Below, in pieces: positions 23,225 to 37,386 of a DNA stretch of 64,000 nt. A program made the translations under genes and the position numbers. The notes under the pieces are model-generated. The model was not told the DNA's origin and did not search any database. It saw only the letters and a list, made by a program, of their open reading frames with translations. Location: positions 9,114,001-9,178,000 of the forward strand of contig OZ004613.1 in assembly GCA_963924565.1 (NCBI GenBank), written 5' to 3'. Every line of letters begins with the position of its first letter. The stretch's first letter is position 1. The stretch comes from Ascidiella aspersa. Taxonomy: Eukaryota.

Positions 23225-26200
23225 CTGTAAAATAAAAATATATTTTGCCTTTTGATAATAGTAGGCACCTAAAGCATGTGGCAGTTTTGTAAACATATCT
23301 TTGATTTAAGCGCAAGCCAATTCATTAGAGTCAAATATCAAGTCAATAATATTTTGTTCGAAAGACGTTTGGAAACAGCAACTTAAGTGATGACTACTGT
23401 AGCGTATTTTACAACGTACTTTGAAATGAAAATACTTGAAAATACAGTCTATTTCTTGCGCCATTTAAGGCGTCGGACAGCGCCGTACGCCGGGGTCAAA
23501 CAACGTTAACTTCTTCTAATCTCCGCCAGCCACGTTCCTATACGTATCGCGCGACTTCGCGAATGGCGTGGTCCAAAGGCAAATCGCGCATTACAAAAAA
23601 CCTGTATGTTGTACTGTACTGTACGTTACTTCGAAACGACCATACTGTACTGCACTGTATTCTACGTTCTAATCTTCCTCTTAGTGTAGTTGCTTTATGC
23701 ACATGCAATTATGATTGAAGTCTTGTTTCAATTTATTATGTTTTCTGCAAGCTCATTTTCTACTCGTTTCGTTGCCCGTAAAATATACTAAGAAAATTAC
23801 AATTTTCAAACTAAGAAATGACGATTTCAGTTGAATATATGTGCAGCTGAAGTGAGCGTGAATATGGTCAACAAACGACACAATACATAGCGAAACACAA
23901 AAGAGTAGAAATGTGTCATGGTTGGTTTTATATGAAGTATGGGATTGCATAAAACATTAAATTCACAACAAAAAATGAAAGCATCGTAGTAGGGCACCTA
24001 ACGAATTGATTGGCGTCTATAACTAAGAAGGCGTGCTCCCCGGTTGAATAGACAAAAACAGGTGTTTTAAATTTATTATTGAACAGTTTATTTTCTTCCG
24101 TTTGTGTTACCACAATGGTAAGTTGGAATGTAAACAACTGTAACGATTCGAGACTTGACACACGGCCATGCTTTCAATGCTTTACAGCGGCGGCAAAGCG
24201 GAACCCAGCAACACTCTTCTCTAAACCACACAAAACCAATCATTTTTCAAGGTTAAACCGATGAAGCTGTGCTATTAGTCTTGAACAAACTGGTTTAAAC
24301 TGGAACCGCTTGGTCTCGATCCAACTGGTTCAATCTGGAATTAACTGGTCTTCATCCAACTTCAACTGAACCAACGTGTGTTTAAAGGTTGGCCTTTCGA
24401 GTTTCGATACCAGTTTTAACGTAAAAATACGACAATGGCTAAAAAATGTGTACTTCACAAAACACACGTTGTTTAGAAAACAGCGAGATTGCAACTGACT
24501 ACAATCCGTTTTTGTCTTAACAGCATAAGTTGAAATTATTTGTATATTAAAGCCCTATTTCCACAGTCACTTGAAAAGCAGGGCTTAAAGCGGAAAGCAG
24601 GGCACGTTTGCCTTGTGTCAAAAAAACATATCATTATCCTTTGTGTGGTGTAATTTAACTGTTAGGGCTTGATTATTGAAATTTTTTTACAGCCAGTTGA
24701 TAAAACCATAAAAATACCCCGAGTCATAGCCTGTAAAGACCTTACCAAAAATGACAAATTCCTTTGTAAGTCAATTCGGTGCAAGGTAAATATTGGTAGA
24801 AAACAATAGCGGGTTCAACGCGAAAGGCGGCGGGCGCTTCATCCTTTGAACGCCTGACTGTTGATCGGCTGTACTTTTCCGCTATATATTGGACCTAACA
24901 GGGCGACAGAACCCACCAAACAATCTATCACAACATTATGTGATGACGCCACCAAGACTTGTCTTTATTCGAAGCAGCATTTAAAAGGTGAACTATAAGA
25001 AAAGCGGTGTCGGTGTTCCGAAGTTGTTAGGCTCCAAGCGTAAGCCTGTGTTGCAATACAAGCCAGGTTTGGGTGTGTCTTAACTTAAAATTTCATTTTT
25101 CTTGCTGTAGAGCTATTGTTTAGTCGTGTTTGAGGTTTTAAAGTTGTATGCAGCAAATAGTAACTTTTAAACCGACTCCGCTGTTTTTTACTGGTGAGGC
25201 TACGGGAAGTTTAAATTAGTTAGGCAGCGGAATGAAAATAGTTCCAAGCGGATGAATACGATTAATCTAACCCATTCGATAATTTAGTGTTTTAGTAAAA
25301 AGTTAATGGTTTAAGGTCTGCTTACAATAGCGAATAGTTGTTTATACAATGGCAGTTTGCTTTGTTGACATGACATAAAGCCGAAATTAAGGTCAGTTAT
25401 AGTTTTTTGTGGTTGCAGCGTTTACAGGCAAGGTAAACCTTAATGCGTTTTTTTACGATTCGTTATCTTGCGACTGTGATGTGCACTATTCACAACTATG
25501 TTAAAGAGCATGACAAACAAAAAGAGCAATTCTCCAAACAGTCTGTATTTTTCCGACTGGACAGGCGCAACCTGTAGTTTAACTGACTTAAACAAGGTAC
25601 GTCTAAATGTTGCAATATGCCTTATTATTGAACAAGTGTCTTTTAACCCACGACCCAAAAGCTGAAAAGGTTGCATGCCGACTGCAGATGTTATGATTAT
25701 GTTCATTTTCATTTGTGTTTGACTGTATACGATTACGTCACAGATTTTTGCTTTTGCTTTTTCTGTAAAACCAAATGCAAGTGGGAGTACAAAGAACAAA
25801 GAGCTAAAATAAATGGGGGGCAATATTGATAGACATAGTTTAACTTCAGTACCAATAATAATCATATTTACATACGATTTTATATTAGTAGAACTTTAAA
25901 TCAATATCATTCCATTAGTAACTTGGTAAAACTGGGTTACTAAATATGAAGTACTATTTTTAGCCTTCATAAGTAAGCTTATTACACTTCAAAAAGATAA
26001 CAATAATCGCATTTTAAAATTTCAGAGGGGGGAAGTAGTTTTCTTTATTATTGGAGTAAAGTGTCGCTTTCACTGCAACTCCCGGCATTCTAAACTATAT
26101 GACGTAACAATGGCATATTTAACAATGCAAATGTTAGACTTCATTATAAACATCGATCGCGGTACGGTATAACAAGAGCGTTATATTTAGCGTTAACTCA

Positions 26201-29200
26201 CAAAATTGTTAAGAGCGGTGACCGCATAACTTTCTGGAATCTGTCCCTTACCGGAATACCCGAATAGGGACCAGACTTGCTGAAGCTCGAAAGAATTAGT
26301 TAAAAAAGTCGCATTTGATTTGATCTACGGCCACATATATTGTGTTGCCAGGAAATAGGCTTTATCTTAGGCGGTGTTAAACTTGCGAATGGTTTTGAGT
26401 AGATTACTTTCGGACTTGTTGTTTGGTTGTCGAACTTTAAGCGGCAAGGGTAAAGTTTAATGCACTTCTGCTGCAAAACAGGCCAAGTGAGTAAATTATA
26501 ACTTACATCGAAAAATCGCCTGTACCACGTGGTTTGTTGCCCATAGTGGTTTTTAGGTATTGTATGCAGCAAAAGAGAGAGTTATTTGGACTTACACGAC
26601 TCTGCTATTTCTTTTCGACTTTAAGTTTCACGAATTAAGACAGCGGAATGAAAATAAAGTGCAGGAATGCAAATATATTTCAACAATGTCGAAAAATATT
26701 GAGAGTAATGCTGTTTGGATCGCGTTACCGGTTCGCTATCTCGTGACTGTTATGCCAAGCATTCCGAACTCGTGGAAAAGCGCGACAAAGGTGAGTAATG
26801 CTCCTTACGATGTGATTTATTTCGGGTTCAATCAACTAGTTCTACAATATTAAACTTGACCCTAACACATAAAACAGTTTTACGGCCATTGCTCACTATC
26901 AGATTTGATTAAGAGCTGTACATTTTTCACCCGCCATGGCTCACGACCACATTGCTTAATAACTACACAGTTTTTACAAAACATGCCTCAAAAGCTGCCT
27001 GCAGTACACAGTTACATTTTTATCGAATGTGTTCGACTGTTTAGTATTACGTCATAATCAAGATTTTTACCGTCACAACAAATACGTAAATATATAGGTA
27101 CGTAACTGCTCGCTAGCCGATACTTCTGTATTAACTTACGGTTTGTATTTGAATAACTGCAAAAAAAAGTATGAAAGCCGTTATTTAAAATAACAACCTG
27201 TTGAGTAAAACCGAAATTACTTAAAATGTTTACTGTACTCAAAACGATTTTATTGGCATCTAAAACAAATTTTCACCAATAGTGTGTGGGTGGTGGGTCC
27301 GTTTGAACGTGGCATTATACACAAGGATGTTAATTTTAGCAAATACGTCGTTTACCAAAATAGCAACGAGAGGTATTCATTCGGATACATTGATTTTCAG
27401 GGGCTTTCCTTTTCGTAAGTATAGTGTTATTCATTTAGCCACGGCCTAACCAAACGGTTTTGCAAAACATACCTTTACTTTATAAAGTAATTTGCCGATG
27501 ACTGTTTTGTTAATTTGTCAAGAAACAGGGTTAAAGGTTAAACAACGAATTTCGTTATAGTAGAATCTACTGCAGGAGAGATAAAAAGTGATTAACCTAC
27601 CAACTATTTTATTTTATGCTGGCACCACGTTTTTTGCATATGGTAGAACCACCTTTAATCGAGGACCGTACTTCCTCGAAAAAAATGTACTGCGCAAATA
27701 ATTGTTTTTGTGGGTAATAATATATTACAGCCAAGTTAGTCGAGTACTGAACTAATAAAATAACTTTGTTCTTTAGTACAAAAAATGACCGAGACCGGAA
27801 TTGAATATTTTTGTTCACAAAACGTCTGCTTGTTTTTGTGCAACGTTTATACACAAAAAAACTGGCTTGTGCACATTATGGGGAACACTGATTCAAAGCT
27901 AATCGTGAGTCATGGGTAATGCCGTTGATGCACGGGAAAAAACTAGGGGGATTTCTACAGCTTTTGAAATCCACAACAGTTTGGGATTTTGGAAGTTTTC
28001 TAAAACTCGACGAAATACTTTAGGCTGTTCAAAAGCGTCCAAATACCATAAGCGTTAACAAAGTTACGACGCGTTATTAAACCACTAGATTCAAAATCTA
28101 ACTGGAATCCACGTAAATGTCTTGTAACTTCAGAAGATGTCAAGGGAATCCTACTCGATAATTTTTTTTAACTACAAGCATCACGTGCGATCGACCAAAC
28201 TTTCGCATAACCATTTAATACTGCTAATTTCAAGTAAGCGTGACCTGTTGAATCATCGTGTCATTATTATAAATGACTCGCGTGTTTTAATTAATTGGAA
28301 GCGACTGTTGGACCGGATCGCTCTTTTACGCTTGGGCACCCATACGTGACTGTTGATTGATTTGGATTAGGGTTGGGGTTAGCGTTTGGGATTGGCTTTG
28401 GGTGGTGGTAGTATTACATTTAAATTTTCGAGTTTGGCATAATTTTAATATTTTTTTCGGGACTAGATCTAAATTACTTCGTTAGCTGGGTAAATGGCCT
28501 CAGGAGGAGCCGATTGGTTAATTGCTCTGATCGCTTTTTAACGCTTGCACAGTGAGTATATTTCGATTTAAACTATACTTAGGTATCCGGTTGAATTGGC
28601 CTTTTTAATTAATTAGCTTTCCTTACGGGTGTTTGGAAAGCTAATTAATTACGGGTGTTTGGAAAAACAGGCATGTATTTACGACGCGCAAAGAAAGGGA
28701 GTTTGCAGGAAATTATCAATCATATAGATGCAGTTCATTAATATAAGGTTCACCCGTTTTATATGGCCACGAGCCTGTGACATACCCGAGGTTATCAACT
28801 TCATACACAGATTTGATAGCCAACGCAGGCGATGCCGACAATTAATTTAGGCGTTTTTTTGGAAAATATACAATCATAAACTGCACGAAAAATTAGGGAC
28901 AAAGTACAAATTTGTGTTATGTAGTAAAACTCGGGCATTGTGTCAATGGATGACCGATAATATCAGATCAGAGCAGATGGCCGATACCCGATCCGATAAT
29001 TAATAAATATGAAAATTATGAAAATTTCAAGCTTGGTCGGCAATCTAATTTTAGCGTTTTTACCAAAGGAAAAATTCTCATGCTCAAGCTAAAAAGGCCT
29101 ATCAATCTTGCAAAAAATTCCTTCGCACGTTTTACTTGTTATCTATTTTTCTAATTTCATCACAGTAATAACGTTAATCGACATCGCAGTGGACGAAGGA

Positions 29201-30030
29201 AATACGCAAAACGGTAACGAAAATAACAATTGAATCAGGAAAAAGAAGAATTCAAAACGTATAACGTGGATCTAAGTAACAAACCCAAAAAATCTAAGTA
29301 ACAACCCAAAAAGTGTTGAATACTATGCGTTATTCCCTATATGGAGTTGGAATTAATAGAGTCAAAAAAAGTAACCGATATTTGGGGTTAAACCACGAAC
29401 GACACGTCATGTGCCATATAACGGCAATTCGTTCTCACGCGATCAGAGGATCATGACGCCAAGGTGCCTGAATGATTCTTGCGCAACACACAACTCTCCG
29501 TAAACATATACCCGAAGGTTCTAGGCTAGCCTAAGCAAATCGCGTGCAAAGCGGGCGGAATGAACAACAAAAACAGGATGTTGTACAACTATCATGGATG
29601 TTACAACTATCATGGATGTTCTCCAATGGAAATAGCTATAGCTATGGGTTTATCACATGTCAGGATCAAGTTATACTAAATGACTAAACTGGTCGTTTCT
29701 TTGACCACAAAATCACGAATTATTCTGCAAATTAGCCCTACACAAAAAAGCCGCTATAGGAATTAAATCGGCAATTTAAATTTGGCGCTTTGGTGAAATG
29801 GTGACACTTTCTACCAAAGAAAAATGACGACCCTTTCTACAAAAGAGTGTTTTGTTTCAGATGAAGTTCAGAATACAGAAATCGTGTGTTGTTTAAACAT
29901 CTCTCTCTACATTCAGTTCGAAAATAAAATCCTCAACGACAGAAACTGCAAAAGTCAATTCAATACCTGGGACTCAAAAGGATTATAGGTCAGTAAAATA
30001 AAGGGTTTTGCCGATATTGTGATATGCGCG

Positions 30031-32771
30031 ACTGGCTAAACAATTGGGTCCGTCAGAACGATTATATCAAACAATTAGCACAGGTAAATATATCCAATAT
30101 CCACCAGGGATGTCCGATTGTATTGATTTACCTTTGCTCGATTGATAGTTGGATGTTTTCAGTGTGAATTTTCAAGCAAAAAATATGCATTTCGATAAAC
30201 ATGAACAGATTTGTTTTGCCAGTTTAGTCCAAAATAAAATAAACATCGATTTGCGAAGTTTTTAAAAGAATTTCCAATAAATCTTAAAAATTACAAAAAT
30301 TAGCAAATGTCCAAGATATGTATATACCATTTGGCTGTTGATAATTCTACAATGACTGGCTTGGAAAAGGAAAACTATTTAAATGGCATAACCAACACCG
30401 CACATGCCGTAAAAGGCAAATGAAAATGTCCCAAGCCTAAAAACAACCGAGTAAATGTTTTTTTATCCCCGGAAACTTAAGTGGTAATTCGACACCGTAT
30501 AGCTGCGCCTGCGCGTCAATAGACAAAAACCCTACAGAAGGGGTTCTTTACCTGGGTTCCATGGACCCCTTGGGGAAACGTGAACTAGTTATAGGGGGTG
30601 CATTAGGGCCTAATTCAAATATTAGTGTAGGAGTTCCAAAATAATCAGTTTTCAAAGAGTTTAATTAAAAATAAAAGTTTTTCCCTGAATGTAGATTTAG
30701 TCTCCATTTCACTTACATTTTTCGGACAAGAAACAGCAGATCAGCAGATTTCTAAGTTCTATTTGTAATATGATGTAAATTTATGGCGTCTACCGTGGTC
30801 CAAGCAAAGAAAAAACAAATTTTACAGCTCCCAGGTAAAAAAAGTTTAAGAACCCCTGCCCTACGCAGCATACAGTAGATTGGTGATTTCCAAACGGCGA
30901 TAAGGATATACAACTCCCTTATGCTAGTGTTACCCTGGTTATGGGGTTGTAGGCGCATGTGCCGTGCGCATATTTGGCAAGGGGGCCACGACACGTGCCC
31001 AGTGCATATTGTAATGTTGGACGAAATCAAACTCCGTATTGTTTACGCGGAATTGGGACCATTGTACTGCACTACAGGCGTGTACTATTACAATGGTAGA
31101 ATATGGAAACATGTATTGGAAGTATATTTAGCCAGAGGAATGCGCAAATGTTTGTCCACCACCAAGTTATGCACTCGGTACTGTCGTCAAAACCGTAAAG
31201 AACTTAACGACAATTTCACCCGGCACTCGACTGAGAAACGCAACCGAATGTAACTCGATAGAAAACGAAACGACTGCCAAAAGCTGTAATTGCACCTGGG
31301 CAGGTTTCAACTTTATATTTGAAAGTAAAAGCGTTTTGTCAATGAGTTATGTGTTGCAATTTAGCAACGAACAATTCTCGTTAAAGGTATATACTGGACT
31401 GGCAAAAAATTGGGTTCTTTACAACGATTATATGAAACAATTCGCAGAGGTAAATATATCAACAAGGGATGCCCGATGTTATCAAGTCGAAACTGATGTT
31501 TCTATTAAGTGGAGTGGTAGTAACCTTGCTCTTCCGATACTTGAATGGTATCAGTGTAAATTTTCAAGCAAAAATACGCATTTCGATTAACGTGAACAGA
31601 TTTGTTGAGCCAGTTTAGTCCTCCGTTAAAAACTATGTCTTGAACGATTTGACAATTTTTAAAGAATTTCCTATAAATCTTTAGGCAAAAAATAACAAAT
31701 GTCAAAGATATGTAAATATCATTAGGCTTTGGATAATTTGCCAACGACTGGCCTGAAACAAAAAAAAACGCTAAAGGGGCATAACAGTACATGTCAGGAA
31801 AATACAAATTAAAGCCCCAAAACGACTAAGCAAAGGTTTAACATCCCGCAAACTCAAGTGGTAATTGGACACCGTAGCTGCGCGTCAATAAATAAACGCC
31901 CTACAATGCGTTTTTTTTATCTGGGGTTCATGGACCCCTTGGGGGAACGTGAACTAGTTTTAGGAGGTCCATTAAGGCCTAATCCAAAAATTAGTGTAGG
32001 ATTAAAAAGTTATTATTTTTCAAAGAAAAGATTTTATTTAAAAATAAAACGTTTTCCCACTGAATGTATATTTAAACTCTATTTCACATTTTACATTTTT
32101 TGGACCGAAAACAGCAGATGTCTAAAGTTTATTTGTATCATGACGTTATACCTAAATTTCGTTGCCTATTGTGGTACAAACGAAGTAAAAACAAATTTTA
32201 GGGGTCCGAGGTAAAAAAGTTTAAGAACCCCTGCTCTACAACATATACAGTAGATTAATGTAGCCAAACGGCGATACAGATATACCTCCCTTTTGCTAGT
32301 GTTGTCCTGGTTACGGGCCTGTAGGCGCATGTGCCGTGTGCATTTAGCGAGGGGCCACGTGCCCAGTGCATATTGTAACGTTGGACGAAATCAAACTCCG
32401 TATTGTTTACATCGCGATAGACCCAGACGCTCATTGTACTGCAGTACAGGCGTGTACTATTACAATGGTAGAATATGGAAACGTGTATTGGAAGTATATT
32501 TAGCCAGCAGGAATGCGCAAACGTGTGGCCACCACCAAGTTATGCACTCGGTACTGTCGTCGAAAAATCAGCGGCATTTTTAAAGAACTTAACGATAATT
32601 TCACCCGGCACTCGACTGAGAAACGCAACCGAATGTAACTCGATACAAAACGAAACGACTTCCAAAAGCTCTAATTGCACCTGGGCAGGTTTCAACTTTA
32701 TATTTGAAAGTAAAAGCGTTTTGTCAATAAGGTATGTGTTGCAATTTAGCAATGAACAGTTCTCGTTAAAG
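30031..32771. repeat. Tandem duplication of a 1.37 kb non-coding unit (30031-31385 and 31398-32771), each copy with the same MITE
   Basis: Collinear similarity throughout, for example gtgtactattacaatggtagaatatggaaac and the MITE end aaaaaagtttaagaacccctg in both copies. Confidence 0.93.
30539..30858 (+). mobile_element. MITE (CAGGGGTTCTT-type TIR); second copy near 31908-32233
   Basis: aggggttcttta ... ttaagaacccctg, with TSD-like ccctacag/ccctacgc. Confidence 0.75.
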
Positions 32772-33264
32772 TTGGCTTTGCATGATCGTATAAACCCACT
32801 GACGTGTTTTGATTGTTGAAAACAAAGCACACCTTGGTAATTGAAAGGCTCTTAAATTAACGGTCCAAACATCGCCGTCACAACACATTTTATTTTTCAG
32901 TTAAAAATTGCTTAAGTTTATGTATAAAAATTAAAGGCTCCTAAAACTTGGCATAACCCAGCTGATTCAGGACTAATTTTTACCAAACAGAGCAGCAAAT
33001 CAAATTATGGTTGCAAACAACATTCGCGTATGCGACATTTCTAATCCACAAAATACAGTATAAGTGAAACTGCTCAGACGAAAATCTATATCTGTAGAAA
33101 TCAGTAAATAAGTTTTAGTAGCAAAATTAAAAAAAAATCAATAGTTGAAATTTCTAAATTATTTGTTTTGCTATGATTCGAAATGCTGTTTGTGTAAGAA
33201 GGGGTATTTGGAAAACCCTAGATATATATTTTCTAGTCTATACATTTAAAAATCATTGTACAAA

Positions 33265-33430
33265 CTCACAAATCGTGTGCTGGAAACACCCCAGTGCAGT
33301 AGTTGAAATCGATTAAGTATTTCAAATTCAGACGAAAACAAGCCGTTTGTCTGCGGCGTGGGAAAATAATTATGTGATCCACTGTTAACCTTCATAGACC
33401 AATGGCCCCGCCTATGACGCAATACCAGAA
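33265..33430 (-). promoter_or_regulatory. Candidate promoter and non-coding first exon pointing toward the IAP gene
   Basis: CCAAT, GC box (GCCCCGCC) and TGACGCAA clustered at about 33399-33423; GTGAGT donor on the minus strand at 33265-33270; no ATG in the putative exon. Confidence 0.4.
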
Positions 33431-33646
33431 TTTAATCAAAACAGGCTTGTCGAAAAAAACGCCCCTTTCTGACTTTTTCAAAAGCTACTGTAAACAGCGA
33501 ATGGCAATCTGCCAAGATCCCACAGTTAAATGACATATTTTTGGTCGAGTCCTAGTTTAGATGTCGTTCTACTTTGCGTGAATCAATTTTTTCTAAACCT
33601 TTTTATTGGGATTGCAAGAAAATGGTTCCGAATGGTCGAAAAAAGC

Positions 33647-36600
33647 TGAGAAAACGATTAGGTCGAGTTAAGAAGTAGGAAAATTACCTCCAACTAGTTG
33701 ATATGTTACTTGAAAAATTATGCTAAGTTTTTGAATGTCTTGTGAAACGTTGCTTTGTGTTGGTGGGACTTGGGACTGCTTAGACTTGGGTTGCCTGGAT
33801 CTGGTGTCATTGGCCTACGGTTGACTTTGAGTAACCTCAATGCGTAATTCGTCCCTCAGAGAGTACGATCAACCCAATTAAAAGTGGAATGTTGCTATAG
33901 AAACGTCTTGTCAAAACACCGTGGAATGTTGCTATGGAAACGCCTAGTCCTAGTCAAAACACCAACAATGTAAAATTCAATCAATCTAAGCTAAAACATA
34001 TCGCAATCGGCATGATTGATCACCTAAGTCAACAGTATCCAACCTGCGGCCGTCCATGAATAATATTATGCGACCGTTTCAAGTATGTGTTGGCGGCCGT
34101 GCCTTTGCTGGCATGCGTTAATGGTTGATACGCTAAATGCAGATTAGAAATGTTTACGACTTTAAGGAGTGCAGTTAATTAGATCAATCTGCACTATAAC
34201 AAGTTGATATCATTGATTGATTGATGCAAAAACAGTATAGAAGATGCGTAACAATCTGAATTGTGATGTCACATAAAGATAAAATAGGAATTAGTGATTG
34301 ATGCATAATTAACGACTGAGAGTATGAAGACGTGTTTTATGCGAGTTGTGAAAGGGATTAAGGCAAAACTATGCGACAGGTTGGGCGGTTATTATAGAAA
34401 GCCTTACATTATCGAATTGTGTAAGCAATTCTTAAACTGTTATTGAGCAAATTGAGAGAAAATACATCGAGGATTAAAAGGCAAGACACAAAAAAATTCG
34501 GTAATTACCAAAAACCAAAAAAGATTAAATCATAAACCACAGACAGTAGGCCCAGGGTCCCAGGTCAACCAACTGGGTACCATCCTGGAACTGCATGCGC
34601 ACCGTTTTGACGACCAGCCGCTCAGCTGCGTCACGTGTCACATTTAAAAACCCAATAAACGCATTTTTTCGCGCTTAGCGCGATTAGACTATACTTCAGT
34701 TTTTTTTTTACGCGAGATCTTTAGAAAACAACAAGCATGTTTAAGAATAATTGTTTTATGACGTCACGTTATGATTCTTTCTGACTTCATCTCTGAAAAA
34801 ATTGTACTGGTAAAAAAAATCCGAGAAAACGATTAGGTCGAGTTAAGTTAACGTCTAAAAATCTAGTAAACTATGTGAGTTGGAAAATTACTCCCAACCA
34901 GTTGATTCGTTACTTAACAAACATTAGTTCAATTTTTAAATGTCTTGCGTAATGTTGCCTTGTGTTGGTGGGACTTGGAACTGATACAAACAAGCTCTTC
35001 TAAGTGGATAAAATGTTCGCTTGAAAGGGTAAAAAGCCAATACTTGGATTGTCTGAAACTATGTAACTTCGCTGAATCTGGTGTCATTGACCTACGGTTG
35101 ACCTTGAGTAACCTCAAAGCGTAATTCGTCCCTCAGAACGTAAGACCAACCCGATTAAAAGTGGAACGTTTCTATGAAAACATCTTGTCAATACACCACC
35201 ACTATTGACACTGCAAAATTCAATCTTTTTAAGGTGCAAGCATATTGTAATCGGCATGTGATTGATCACCTAAGAAAACGCTATTCAAACACTTCGCTCT
35301 TAACGGTAATTGATGTAAGCAAACACTACAGTTGATCGGTAGTACTAGTTATCCTATAGAACAGAACTAACCGCTCATAGACCTTTAGGTGTGTTTCAAT
35401 TAGGCGAAACAGAATTATAATGGTTCTAATCAGCCCATACAAAGGGCAGATTAGGATACAAACACTTCGGGATTCCAGTACTTTGAAAATGACATTCAAT
35501 TAAACGACCCTAATTTGTATTGAACCACCCCAATAGCTGGTAGTAAGAAAATGCCGCTAATCTGATTAAGTCATATTGCTGAGAATAACTCTAAGGTTTT
35601 GTCAAAAAATAATTATAAAAAATATCCACTTTCTATCCGTTGCAAAATATTCATTCCGTACTTAAAAAGCGTTTGACTGCCTGTTTTGCTATTATGCGAC
35701 AGTCCCGTATTTTTTTCAATCAAAACCATCTCTACAAAAAAGCCTGACATAGAAGGAAAGCAGTATAATGTTAAAATTAGCTGCGAGAGTTCAGATTGGC
35801 GGTTCAAATAAGACTTTTTTGGCCGGCGACAAATCGCAGGTTTAGTGGATCGTTCTTGTGCAGGGGTTCTCAACCGTGACCCTTGGCCCCCCTGGGGGGC
35901 CACGGAGAGGTCATTGGGGGGCCACGGGCATATCTCTTTAGCTAGATTGTACTATTGCAAAACCCAACTACACAAGTGTCTTTATTTATAAAATTTGCCT
36001 GTTAATTTAAATTTGTGATTTTATTATGACCTTTCTTGTAACGTATTTTAACTCGTTTTTCTGACACGTTCTTTGATTTTTTGGCCAGTAGTTTAACGTA
36101 GAATATTGTATCCTTTTACTGCGTTTTATCGCGAAGTGTTACGCGAGTGACAGGTTTGGATAAAGGCCTGTCGCTGTGGCGAAACAATTACTGTGTTGCT
36201 TTATATGTAGTGAAGTGGTGCGGCGGCAGCCAATTACTTGTCAATACCCTTCGCCTAATTTTTAAGTTTCCGTCAAATGTTGTTGGGCGAGCGACAACAT
36301 TTGACGAACCAACGTGAAATGCCAGGTGCGGCGATTAAGCAATTTCCTTAAATAGTTGAACAAGCGGGGATGCTTATAAAGAGGTCTGACCGGATTGTAT
36401 ATTCAGTTTCAATAGCATGGAGACTGAATTGCTTCGTCCGACAAAATGGTGTTAGCGCTCCAAGAAAGCGTCGTTTTAATTTAGTTCGATTTGATCTTTT
36501 AGGTTTTCCTTCTATTTTGTATACTCAGTCTAGGTCAACAAAAAATTTAATAAAAACTTCAATTTACGTTTGAAATTTGGGAAGATACGAAGCACACCCC

Positions 36601-37386
36601 CGATACAACTTAAGCAGAAAAAGTGGTCAATACAATGGAATCCTCTCCGGAATTTAGTTATGACAATTTTAGCCAAACGACGCAATAAAACTAACCATAC
36701 GGGCGCTGCCACACCCTGACTTATTAAACAAAGCTTACGGCCCCTTACTGCTTTGTTCAGTCCATTGTTTGTTATTTGCGGTATTTTGTTGGTAATAGAT
36801 TTGTTGTTTTATCAACTGAAAGCGTATTGCCGCAAAGTCACGGATACAGCGTTTTGCTTTCGAGACCAATGCGCTTAACAGTGGAAGGTTGCTATGTAAA
36901 GCTCTTACAAATTACGACATTTTGCACCTGTTATCACACGTCCAGTATTGACACTGCAATAATTTAATCAACCTAAAGCGAAGCGAACCTATAAAGGCAT
37001 GCAATTGACTATCTAAGAAAAAACGCTATTCAAAACCACACATCACTGAACGGTAATTCGCTTATTAAGCCGCTATAGTTGTTTGAAGGGTAAGGTAAGT
37101 ACTTATCCTAAAATTAGAACACCACCTCGCACGTTATAATGCGATTTGGACAATATTTGAATGGTTCAAATTGTCCTATAGAAACGCCAGATTAGGATTT
37201 AAACACTCTCTGGAATCAATACGTTTTTAATTTAACAACCCCAAAGCTTATTTGCTTTGTTATAGTTAGCTGAGAGCCTACGTAAGGGCGCCACAAGCCA
37301 TAAACGAATGAGAAGCAATGTACAATTTAAAGTACGCGAAGACATTTAAGCGACTTGGATTTGGCAAATAGGTGACGCAAGGAGTA
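33647..37386. repeat. Local low-copy repeat family: copies at about 33647-34030, 34822-35530 and 36878-37270 (a fourth at 53340-53730)
   Basis: Shared blocks gagaaaacgattaggtcgagttaag, cctacggttgac.ttgagtaacctcaa, gcgtaattcgtccctcaga, ctaagaaaa.cgctattcaaa and gattaggat..aaacact. Confidence 0.85.

Noticed and set aside
23269-23325. Possible BIR1 upstream exon ending ...TATCFS at a GT donor
   Set aside because: It would need a 44-nt intron with a weak donor, the upstream residues are not BIR-like, and an in-frame stop lies about 17 codons back.
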